A DNA stretch of 64,000 nt, from assembly GCA_004022145.1 (NCBI GenBank), contig RCNU01000002.1. The stretch is one strand, 5' to 3'. This DNA comes from Paecilomyces variotii. Lineage: Eukaryota. Below, piece after piece: positions 1 to 11,319 of this stretch; the first letter of the stretch is position 1; every line of letters begins with the position of its first letter. The notes beneath the pieces were generated by a model. It did no database searches, was not told the origin of the DNA, and saw only the letters and a list, made by a program, of their open reading frames with translations. Position numbers and translations under genes: made by a program.

Positions 1-1603
1 CATGTAACAACGGGCAAAAAGTAGGTACTCCAGTTTCCTGTTTACATGTCAGTAAAGTGTCACTCAGACTAGCAGCCCAGCCACAGCACGATATACTCAC
101 CATTTGCTCCACTGTAGTTCATCATCAGTGTCCAACCAGCGATAAGAAGTCCATAGGCAACTACGCCCAAGTGACTGACTGTAAGGATCTGTCTATCCGA
201 AGCGTTCGGCTTGAAGTATGTCTTGAAGAAGTCTAACGAGACGATACTACTGACTGCAATCATGGACGAAGAGACCGTACTGGTAACGGCCATGAAAGCA
301 AGTACTAAGAAAGCCCTTGTAGCACCGTCGCCAAGTAATGACTTTAAGACGTACGGTAAGACAAGCCCATTCGCGACGTCGGTTTCGCTGAGGATATTGG
401 GATAGGATACGAATACTGGAGTGTGCTCGATTGCCCGACAAGCCAGCCCAACCACCGTGCCAATAGTCCATGGTACAGCGATGATCGCAATGGAAGCAAG
501 GTTGTAACCCGGTACCGTCGCAGAGACTTCGGACGCGAAGCTCTTCTGCCAGAACGCAGTATCCTGAACCAGGAAGGTCAGCCAGAATCATGGTGATACC
601 CGGGAAGATTGGTGCCGCACCATAACTACCAACGCAAGATTTCCGATTCGCAAAACAACACCCCAGATAATTGCGTTATGGGACTTGAAGCTCAGAAGTG
701 AGCCCTTGTAGTTCCCATCAATGTGGACATCGAGTGCTTTCACTTTGTCGTAAAGACCTCCGATGCCCCCAATATGCTCGTTTGTGAGAATCGATAACGT
801 GAAAAAGATCAAGAGGACGAGAGCAATGGTCGTGTGGCAAAAGTCCGTCAAGAACGTAGCTTTCAGACCACCTACAGCGGTGTACAGCATGACTTGTTGG
901 AGGTCAGCGAAGGAGATCAAGCTATGCGAATACTTGCCGACTTACCTCCCAACGGGATCAGGAATGCTGCGGCTACAGGATGCATGCCCCTATTCCCAGA
1001 CACAGTCAGTATCGAGAATTTCGGGAGTGCCAGCTCTGAAAGATACTTACGTTATTCCCTGGAAGAGTAGCATACCCGTCAAAATCATAGATGAGCATCC
1101 GAAGAAATTATTTATCAGGTTGAGAACAATAAAAACCCCATGGCCCATGTTTCCGTAACGTTTCCGTATGAACTCCATTGATGTATGGGCATACGGCACC
1201 CTCAGCTTGGCGATAATACCCATAAAGGCCATTAGGGCAATCTGGCAGCTGAGCGCGCTTGCATACCATACGGGAGCTGCAATCCCCCACCAATAGGCAT
1301 ATGTACAAGCATACACAGTCTCATCGATCCACATCCAACTTGAGAACACGGCAGACGCTGTCAGACCTATACCAACTGATCGGTTGGCAACCATGAACCT
1401 AGAATAACCCCAAACGTCAGATTACACGTCTAGACAGTACGTCCTGGATTCCATACGAACATTTCTGAACGGTTTGTCTCCTCCTCCAAGTAGCGTCTCT
1501 GGATGCGTACTGCGGCGAGAATAATGAGGGCAAAGGCAATGGCAAGCCCGATAAGGAGGCCGTAGCCAGTCCCCTGGTTGAGGAGAATGTCGGTTGCAGC
1601 CAT
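1..1603 (-). CDS. Sodium:solute symporter family urea/polyamine transporter (DUR3-like), multi-exon, 3' end runs off the window
   Basis: ATG at 1603 (MAATDILLNQGTGYGLLIGL...). Exons give MVANRSVGIGLTASAVFSSWMW, YTAVGGLKATFLTDF and FMAVTSTVSSSMIAVSSI, typical of fungal DUR3/UreA-like SSS permeases. GT-AG introns; reading frame still open at position 1. Confidence 0.88.
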
Positions 1604-1845
1604 GGCAGATACCGAGATTCAATTTTGCCTTGTCTTCGCATATGGCAGGTAATCAACGACTTCGAGGAACAGGCGAATTTCTATATCTACATAATGTTTT
1701 GCCTGTGGAGACAATGCTCATGACGCGACGTCGGTGAAGAATCTCCTCATCAGTTGGAAAGCTTTTACATCTCCGCTATTATCAGGCTTCGACCAAGCAG
1801 AAGATATAATGACTCGTCAAATCTAAACTCGCAAGCCATGTGGAA

Positions 1846-2460
1846 ATGTCATAATGTGCCGAGGACAACGTGGGTTCACCTCGACATTACCCACTAGACT
1901 GACTTTGTGGGCTTAGAGCGTATGAGTGCTCACTGCTGCTAACATAATGCTGGCGAAGAAACTAATGAGATTTGTGCACTGCGTAAATATAGAGCATACA
2001 GTAAAAATGCGAAACTACCAGGATGCCTGAGCGTTATAGTGAAAGAACCCATTAAAATTGCGCAATCTGCTTATTATCCCTCAACGGATGTTACTTCCAC
2101 ACCCAATTGAAATTGAAATTCTGGTAACTGCAGAGCACAGAACACATAAATCAGTCTCTATCATTGTGAAAATTGACCTGCGTAGCATTTTTTTGATTGC
2201 ATATGTACTGATACCATCAAGGTGCCTATCGCGTCTTTCCCGATCATGCGTATACTGGAACAAACTTACGCGGAGAACAGATTAAAACATATCAACTGCG
2301 AATTTCAAAAATGCCCCACCAGACGGGCTGTAGGAGATGGCCCCGGTTAAATGACTAGTTCAGGCGTGGGACATATATTTCGTCGTCATCTACGGAGTAC
2401 TCCGCTATGGCATAATAATCTGGCGGTTGAAGGGGATTACCATGTCACGCATGGCGCAAT
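1846..2460. promoter_or_regulatory. Four CYS3/MetR-like bZIP palindromic sites in the DUR3-like/TauD divergent promoter
   Basis: ATGTCATAAT 1846-1855, ATTGCGCAAT 2057-2066 (perfect palindrome), ATGGCATAAT 2407-2416, ATGGCGCAAT 2451-2460. These resemble the CYS3 consensus ATGRYRYCAT. Confidence 0.5.
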
Positions 2461-2598
2461 ATTAATATCTCTCGGTCCGACAAGGTAGCTTAAGCTAGGC
2501 AGACTTGAGGGGTCAGTTCATAAAGATAGCCTTCCTCAGGGATTCTATCTGCACTGTGTGATGATTCTGCGTATCTAATAACATGTTTTCCCGGCGCA

Positions 2599-3947
2599 AT
2601 GCCTGCTCCCGTTGAATCGTCAAACATTAGAGGCGGCCATGAACTAGCACGCCCTCGCCTCTCCAGAAACCTTGAGTATTCTGGTTCGCTAGACTCATAT
2701 TCATATTCAGACTTGACTCCTGTTATCGGTCGAGAATACCAAAGCCTGCAGATTACGGACATATTGGAATCCAAGGACAGCGATCGTTTAATCCGCGATC
2801 TTGCCGTGACCAGTACATGCCTTCTGTTGCGTGGAAGATTTTATAGATGATGAAACGCATGCTAACGGTAGAATTGCTGAAGTTTCCGAAAGAGGAGTTA
2901 TCTTTCTGCGAAATCAGGATGCCTCAACTGAGCAGATGCGTGCATTCATAGAGAAATTGACCTCCTTGGCTGGCTGTGTAAGTACAAGTCCCTTGAGTTT
3001 CGAAGTAATCGGGGCTCATAAACAAGTCCTTGCGGCACATTATTGCTGGGATTGAGCATCAGCTAACGCGTTCACCAAAAGCCCGAATCATCAGGTCTAC
3101 ATATCCACCCTTTAACGGAAGAAGGGAGTGAACTCGGCGATCAAATCAGCGTCATCAGCAGTACAAAACAGAAGAAAGGCGGAGGTCTCACGCACCAACT
3201 CAGTGATACTAGCCGCCTGGCTTCTGTCGGATGGCATTCCGATATCACTTTCGAACCAGTTCCGTCAGATTATGCCACGCTTAAGATTCACACCCTTCCT
3301 GAGACCGGGGGTGACACACTGTGGGCATCTGGTTATGAGATCTACGACCGATTGTCGCCAGAGATGGCTGCTTTCTTAGAGAAATTGACCGCAACACATG
3401 ATGCTAAGTTCTTCCATGATGAGGCGGCTAGGCTGGGAAATCCATTGAGAACAGGTATCCGAGGATCGCCATTGAACCAAGGTGATGAATTAACGGCCGT
3501 ACATCCTGTGATTAGGACAAATCGTACGTTTCATCTCGTCCACTGTCTTTGTCAGAGAGCTAATCTTTGCGATCGCAATAGCGGTCACGGGTTGGAAATC
3601 TGTATTTGTCAACAGAGGCTTCACTCGCCGAATTAATGGAGTAACGAGAGACGAGTCAGATATGCTGCTACATTATCTGTTTAATGTAGGTCTAAATAAT
3701 GAACTTGTCTCTCATAGAATAGGACTAACAGAAAGTCTAGTTGGTTACACAAAACCATGATGCTCAGGTTCGCTTCAAGTGGAGTACGGACGATGTCGCT
3801 ATTTGGGATAATCGCTCAACATGGCACACAGCCACATATGACTATGAAGATGCGCGGGCGGGAGACCGTGTCTGTAGTCTGGGCGAAGCTCCTTATTTGG
3901 ATCTCCGCTCGAAGTCCAGAAGACAAGCTTTAGCAGAAAGAGATTAA
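2599..3947 (+). CDS. TauD/TfdA family Fe(II)/2-oxoglutarate sulfonate (taurine) dioxygenase, 5 exons
   Basis: Spliced product has DLTPVIGRE, SERGVIFLRNQ, GWHSDITFEPVPSDY (HxD), GGDTLWASGY, HPVIRTNPVTGWK and WDNRSTWHTAT (distal His). Confidence 0.92.
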
Positions 3948-4114
3948 GAATATGTATAGATATCTCTTATCTACATGTATCGGCAAACGCATAGATGCTG
4001 TGCGAATACGTCTTACATTTAGTCATTAGCTTAGACACTAATCAGATATTGCCTCATGCTATTGGATATTGGGGATAATACAGAATAATACCAAGATAAA
4101 ACCAGAATAGTTCT

Positions 4115-5083
4115 TTAACTGCCTTCTCTTTCAATTTCTCTTAGGATGGAGTTAAATACCTGACCTTCCCCCTGACTACCATCCACCTCCCTCCATATAC
4201 CCTTTCTCTTATAATAGTCAGGAATAAGTGTCATTCGCTCGCGATATATGTTCAGACGATCCCTCGTATTCTTGACTGTGTCATCTGGACGATGTACAAG
4301 AGGCTCTCCCGTGATATCATCTTTCATGTACTCTTTGGGAGGGTGAAAGATCGTATGATATAAACGGCCCGATGCAAGATGGGTCAGACGCCCTGTTATT
4401 CGTGACTCTAGCAAACCAGTATCAGAAACTCCGAGTTCAATTGCATGATGAAGTCGCTGGTTCTGGGATTCTAGCATTTGATCTAGAAGCCTGGCCTCGG
4501 TGAGGTTGCGTGGAAAATCATCAAGAACAAACCTGGGATGTGTTATTATTCCTCCATATCGGCGTGGTACTGTTTGCGGAAGGAGCGGAGATATACCCAT
4601 TTTTGCATTCCTTATTATTGTTAATTTCGTCGCGGATAAGATCGATCATAGTCTCGTCTGTAACTAAACTACTATGTCCCATTACATCTCTTGCAGACTT
4701 GACTCCTGGAGTTCCTCTAGAGATCTGAGACCGTAAAACTTGTCCAATGGGCTGTAGGATGGCATTAGATTAGCCCTCCAGCTCACGCACTGTTTACATA
4801 TCCACTTACAAGGTGACATATGCAAAACTTGTTCTTAAGCTTTGTCGCCTGAGTTGACTTCCCTTTGTGGTAATATTCATGTTAGAAAATAGTCTCACTG
4901 ATGGAAATAATACAACCGACCTGATCCTGGAGGGCCCACTAGGGCAATACGTATATGCTTATCGATAGGACCATTTTTAGGACCGGTGTCTCCAACAGAA
5001 ATCTTGCTTTCTAGAGTCGAAGCGCGCTGTTCGAGGTCTGAAAGGGTGCTCTGGATGGAGCTGATATCATCACTTCTCCCCAT
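4115..5083 (-). CDS. Adenylate kinase-like protein (long LID type), divergent, 4 exons
   Basis: Hand-spliced: GPPGSGKSTQ (P-loop), HLPIGQVLR, LVTDE, NGFVLDDFPRN, RITGRLTHLASGRLYH (LID), DDITGEPLVHRPDD, RDRL. Frame intact across three GT-AG introns. Confidence 0.88.
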
Positions 5084-6226
5084 TGATTCTGGTCAAGGGC
5101 AACCCAGACTAAGGTCTGACTTCTCCAGCACGTAGATTCGGCAATGGAATTTTATGGCTCAAAGAAATAATAGTGAAAAGAAACCCAGACCGGCAGTTTA
5201 TACCAACGTGAGGGCGACGGAGTAACTGCGCAAAGCTACACATTTCTTGAAGAAGACGAGCAAGTTAGAAATGTAGCGTCTCCCCGGAAAGAAAATGATA
5301 CGTCATGATAATGCCCCTCTGCTGAAATCTTCGTAATATGGACCTGGATTTGGCGCGTCACTGGCTTTCTCTGCCAGCTGTAATATGGTAACTTCGCGGA
5401 TCGCCCGGGCCAAATTACCAGGAAGTAATATTTGGGACCTACTTTATAGATACATGTCAACGCAAAGCTGCTTTCTGCATCGGATGAGCGGCAGATATTA
5501 TTCTATTTGAAATCTCGCTTCGTTCCCTCCTTCGATCAGTTGCATATATATTTCTCGATGTGTCAATAAACGCTGTAAAGCACGGAGCCGCTTTTACCCA
5601 TCGCAGATTCACTGTGATCACCTGAGCATCTACCACCGTCAAGCCAGAGAGTAGATAGATATATGGAAATAATAAAGATCTATTTTTAGGATTATCTCGT
5701 GGCTGGATCTCTCAGAATTGCCTAACTCGCGTTGATGGTCTCACTGCGATTGGTAGCGTCCCCTGTGGCGTTCAACTAAGCTTCGAATACACCTGAATCC
5801 GGATCGGCTGGATTAGGGACTAGTATCATATGTTAATATTCTAGAAGCTCTTAGGAATGTTGTCTTCGCTTAGAGTGTTATTGTCAGGCAATTCACTGAC
5901 TTGCGGCGCCGCCTGATTCGCCGGATAGCCCGGATAAGTATGGTATGGCGGTTAGCATCGTGTGATGATCTTTGCGCATTCCAGGTATGATCGGTATGAT
6001 CTCAACCGCAAGCAACGTGCAAGTTACACATCAGATGACGTTACCGCTACTCTCATTCCGCTTTTAGTAAATTCCGACCATGCCACCCGCATGCTGTGGC
6101 TGAAATAAATATCGAATACTAGTCTTGTATACCATTATCCTGCTCATTTCTCATCTCCAAAGAATATTATCAACAGTCACTCTACCTCCTGCCACACTGA
6201 ATTCTACCGTGAAGGTTGAGCTGAAA

Positions 6227-6611
6227 ATGCCGGTATGTTAGCTACTACCTTTGTGATAGGCGACAGAAGATAACGATCATTGCAGAAAGTAACCGTCTAC
6301 CCAAAGGAGAACGTCCAGGACACAGTTCTGGAGAAAGTAAAACAGTAGGTCAAGCCGCACATTTTTCACCACGGACAGCATCTAATTAGGCCAACAGAAT
6401 TCTCGAAGGGTCAGATAAAGTTCATGCGATTATAACTGCATCTCGTCCGCCAGTGTACTTATCGTATGTTCATAAGTTGATCTCTTCGAACTTCTCACGC
6501 GTAGTGATGCATGACTGATGTTTATTTAGTGGCCGTGATATCAGTCAGAGCGAGGTCGACGAATTAAAATCCCTCCCTGGAATAGAACTGGTGCTCCATG
6601 TTGAGAAGTGA
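6227..6611 (+). CDS. Small 70-aa protein, 4 exons, possible ferredoxin-like/peptidase inhibitor I9-like fold (not in ORF track)
   Basis: Exons 6227-6232, 6286-6344, 6398-6463, 6530-6611. Donors GTATGT/GTAGGT/GTATGT, acceptors CAG/CAG/TAG, branch-like TAAC/CTAAT/CTGAT. Translation: MPKVTVYPKENVQDTVLEKVKQILEGSDKVHAIITASRPPVYLSGRDISQSEVDELKSLPGIELVLHVEK*. Confidence 0.75.
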
Positions 6612-6975
6612 TCATACCGCACTTACAGGTGTTAGTATGGAATATCGGCTCTGCTTATCATTTCAGACTATGGCTAAAGTGCGTTTCATACAACGTGAGA
6701 TTTCTTATGTGTTATTAGTACATACCCGGGGAGCGATGTAATAGAGACAACTTTTGTACGGCTAGTTCTGCGGCCACCTCATCGATAGATGTATATAATA
6801 TACTATTTAGAAATTTCCGGATTATGATGACATGGCATCTGCAAGACGAATGAAATATTCGCTATTACAGACTGAAGAATGTCGTATTCGAAAAGTTCGC
6901 CAACGCAGTCTTCATTCCTCTTGCAGAGCCATCACTCGATCAATGAAGTTCAACCGAGGTAGTTTGTCGTCCAAA

Positions 6976-8487
6976 TTATCTAGCATGGTATGGCAGTCCA
7001 AGTGAGCTATAGTCTACTGTCACGAAACTTCTATCAACCTCCGCTAGCCCTATCTTTCAGATTAGCTGCGGCTAGTGCATGCAAGAGCTTTGTGTACAAA
7101 CCTTCAAAACAGTATTGTATGGTCTGGGCAATATCATGGGCTAGAGGCAGAGGTGTCCTTTCATCTAGTGTGATCTCAACCTCGACAATGATACCATCAC
7201 CAAGATAATAGGCTGTCATCGATTTATACGAATCGACAACAGGAGAGAAACGCCACGCCAGGTATATCAGTTTCTTTGCAGTTTGGGTAGATACCGCGGC
7301 ACCAGTCAGTCTGTTGATTGTTGTGACTGACGTGTGGGCCCAATCATAAATGACATACAGCGATAGCAGTGCGGCCCCAAGAGGATCGAGATACCAGATA
7401 TCGAGCTTGTGGCCGATAAAAGGGAATAACAACGATGATAGGTTGAAATAAACATCCGTCTTGCAATCTTTTAAGAGTTATTATATGGGCTAGTAGTGGA
7501 AGATGTATACCGACCTTGAACTAGAGCTTGGACCTGTGAGTTCTTGACTCTAAAGTAATACAACCCAACGAGTCCTTTAACGACAATATTTCCTGCCATC
7601 GCGCCGATAGCAACAGGTGGCAAAGTGAGAGTATGGTGATCACCAGAAGGGAGTAATTTTGCAGCAGACTCCCGCAGGATCTGCACAAAGGAGACCACCA
7701 TAAGGATCGAAAAGATCAATATACCGAGAGGGCGTAGACGTTGGCGGCCCGCGGGAAATGCCAGTTTCACCGATGCAGTCTGCCAACTAGCTAGCTTGCT
7801 TGTTGACCAAATAATCAGTGTACATAGAAGATCCAATGCCGAGTCTAGAAGCGAAGCAATCAAGGACAGCGAGTGTGTCGATGTCACGGCGACCACCTTT
7901 GCTACCAGCAACAGGACATTTGCCAGTACATTTATCTAGAGTCCAGGTCAACCTAAAGAAGAGCAATTGCATTCAGTTTAACTTACATTCAGTGCTCTCT
8001 GGGCTGTGCGATTGTCTCTGATGCGCTTTTCGCGCTCTTTCCAGGGCAAGAAAGCCTCTAGATCGTAGCCAGTGTGAACAAGTGGCGTGTTTCTATCCAC
8101 AATTCCGTCGCGATTGGCATCTGGATCCATGCTATCGACCACATCGTCTACTAAATCCCAGACAAGGCTATCAACTTCAGCCCAATCATTCAGTTTTTGA
8201 TTTTGTGCTTCATAGAATTCCCGAACGCGTTTGTTTTTAATTGATTTGAGCTCCTCGTCACTCTTCCGATAGTGCTCGACATTGAAGTTCTGTACTCCCG
8301 CAAGAATCTTATTCTTGAGTTCTGTGCGTCTTTTCTCTGCTTCAGTGGCCGCTGTATCATCTCTGAGATGTGACGAGTTTCCAAAGTATTCCCGTCTCAT
8401 CGGATTCGTGGTGCTACTCCGTCTTGCATCCTGGCCATCGGTCGTTCCAGGGCTCGTCCCTAGCATACTCCACTGTCGCGCGACCAT
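6976..8487 (-). CDS. Cation diffusion facilitator, Mn-CDF (plant MTP8-11-like) type, 4 exons
   Basis: N-terminal KNKRVREFYEAQNQKL. TM2 DSALD and TM5 DCKTD (DxxxD/DxxxD). LDPLGAALLS; C-terminal AHDIAQTIQYCFEGLAEVDRSFVTVDY; TAA ends at 6976. Confidence 0.88.
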
Positions 8488-9006
8488 TTTGGTGAGAAAT
8501 TCCAGTACAAAAACTGTCAAGCTTCTTTTCAAGGCTTATGCGTTTCATTTATATGTCACAGTGACTCAGCAAGTTCCTATCCTTATGTTTAATTAGAGTT
8601 CCCACAATGCCTAGACCAACCAGGATAGGATGTATCTCGCTTGTGCCTTGCAGTAGTTGCACGGTGGTTATGATCTAATTACCTGTCCAAACAGTCCTTG
8701 GCATCCAGCGGCTATCCCGGATATACCGGGGTTTCCCCGTACATATGTATGTATGTACATACGTTACGTCTAAGAAGTGAAGGGAGAAACAACGCAAGAC
8801 AACGTGAATATTTAGCCAGTTCCCTGTTTTCATCTGTGCCGCCAACATGATGTCACATTCATACTTACGATCGACGGAGATGAGCGAATCAATAAGAGTC
8901 GTATTCGTCGTTGCTGAAGCATGGCAGTTATAGTCCTTCTGATCAAGAAGTGGAATGGTACATCACCGGGCCAAAGCCAATTCTGAGCGAAAGATAAGCC
9001 AGCAAG

Positions 9007-9030
9007 GGACCATATTGGACCATATTGGAC
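9007..9030 (+). repeat. Short tandem duplication (GGACCATATT)x2 + GGAC in the CDF/phosphatase divergent promoter
   Basis: Read directly: ggaccatattggaccatattggac. Confidence 0.8.
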
Positions 9031-9127
9031 ATTTCACGAGGCGAAGGTTCGGTCTCCCTGGGTTTGTGTAGCCCGGCATCTCCCCGCCATTTTGTGACAT
9101 TTCTTCGTTACCTACGCAGACTTATAC

Positions 9128-10473
9128 ATGTCGCAGAACCCCGTTTCAGCCCTTCGGGGACATCTCGCTGCAATATCTCCATATAGTAACATTTTCAAAC
9201 AACCTCCCCCTCCATCGTCTGGTCAAGTCTATGGGGCAGTCTACCTTTGTCGTCATGGAAGCATCGAGGTATCCTATCATGACTACGCCCACTTCATGGC
9301 GCCATTCCTACAGAAGCTCCGCTCGCTCCAAAGTTCTGGTCGTCCATTTGTGACAGGAAGACTGTCCTTCCTATCCTCATATCAGAGTTGGATTACCGAC
9401 GCACATGTGGGAAATGTCTCTAACGAAGGGCTCAAACAGAGTTTAGACTTAGGTAGAGCATTTCGTGTCCGGTACAAGCAATGGCTAATACCCGCTTCTC
9501 ATTATTCTAAACCTGAATTATATACTTGGACTGATTCGGCCATGCGCTGTCGGAGTTCTGCATTGGCATTTTCCAGCGGTATCCTAGGTACGTCTAAATC
9601 GCCATATTGGTCCCGTTTACATTGTCATACTGAAGGAAAATAGGGAAGAAAGGCAGTCCTACTGGCAATTATGACGACCATCCTCGTCGTGTTGATGTTA
9701 GGGTCAAGGTGTTGCAATGTGAGGACAATTCTCACCAGTGCGATAATCTTCGATGGCATAAAGCTTTCTCTGTCGACCAATCCAGAGGCTCCGACAAATT
9801 TGAGAAGCTGATGCAAGTCACAACACGCCCGATCTACAGACGACTGCATAATGATTGGCATACAGCGACTCCCTTGTCAGCGACGGATATATACGCAATG
9901 CAATTGCTCCATTGTTACGATGCGGTAGCAAACAGGCCGACGCCGTTTGAAAAATGCTTTGAGGCAGATGACTGGCCAGGATTCGAATATCTGAGAGATG
10001 TAAAATATTATTACAGTGAAGGCTACGGCATGCTACAGCCAGGCTTTTACGCAATACCCTGGCTTAAAGCTGCTATGACTGCCTTAAGCAATCCTCCTAG
10101 TCATGGTCCCCAGTTACCTCTGCGGATTGCATTTACGCATCGTGAAGAGATTTTGTATCTCTGCTGTTTGCTCGGTATGAATTTCCATAAGAACTGGGAA
10201 CCCGCCTTGGACAGGGTTGATGAAGATCGACAATGGCGAGCTGCGTTGCTTGCACCGTACCTAGGTCACGTTGGTATAGAATCTTATCCTGGAAGGAATG
10301 GCGAAAAGCGCGTACGGTTCATTCTTAATGGCGATGTTAAGCCGGCTTTTTGGGGAATAACACACCCGGATAGTGATGGGGGATATGGCTTTGATCTAGT
10401 GAGTCAATGGACGGAGGTACAGTGGCGAGCATGGCAAACCTTTAGCCCTTCTCGAATTACATTCCTCAGATAG
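9128..10473 (+). CDS. Histidine acid phosphatase/phytase-like (His_Phos_2), 2 exons, no signal peptide
   Basis: LCRHGS motif, GLKQSLDLGRAFRVRY, DSAMRCRSSA, FEYLRDVKYYYSEGYG, AFTHREE. Intron 9588-9643 joins the two ORFs in frame. Confidence 0.82.
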
Positions 10474-11319
10474 GATTTTATATCTATTAAGAGAATACAA
10501 GATACCAGTATGAACTAAAATCAACGGTGTCTATATACACGAGGAGCGAGATTTTGATGATAAGAGGCTTCAGCATCGCTCTTTAGGCAAGCACCTAGAC
10601 CTTTACCGGACTATAGCCTTGCGTTCCTTGGACCCTAAGAGAGCTACAAATGAAATGATTCCGTGCCGTGTCCGACCCAGCCAAAAAGACCCCAGCTAGT
10701 TTGGCTAGCCTCGTGATATTTCCCAGCGACTACTCATGTTCAAATTCTTTCCTAGGCCAGAATAATTTGGACTGAACCGGCTAGAATACCTGTTTACGTC
10801 CATAGTTCACATTTAATATCCAATTCGCGCCGGGTAAAGCGGTTGGCGCGGTCCCAATGGAGTCGCTTGTAACCGTCCCGCATACTTATATGAATCAAAA
10901 GGGATGGGCTCTCTAAGAGATATATGATTGTATGATGTTCTTGCGAAAGCAGAACTCCTCAAGCAACATTATACCATCACATCATAACGGATTATAGAAG
11001 ACGAAGGACCGAATGCTACAATTATATAATATGCAGTGATGTCAGGAGACAGCTTAACTACTCCGTCTTTCCCGGGCTTCCCGTTGCTTGTCATAGTAGA
11101 TGAAATATTCAAACGGGATTATCGCCTGTTTTATCACAGGCTCGTAGATGCATGATCCTGTTTTCTACACCAAAGTGACGTAAAAGTAAGGAAAGGATGT
11201 ATTCTTTTGGCTACTGAGTCTCTCATAAATATGCTGCGAAACCCAACGTTTCGTCCCCGAAAATCTCACCAACTTCTAAATCTAGTTTGATGGTATTTTC
11301 ATGTCTATTGGTCTACAAA

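Noticed and set aside
2391-2404. TACGGAGTA-type motif (also near 38132 and 38559)
   Set aside because: A common intergenic word in Eurotiales genomes; no locus-specific pattern.
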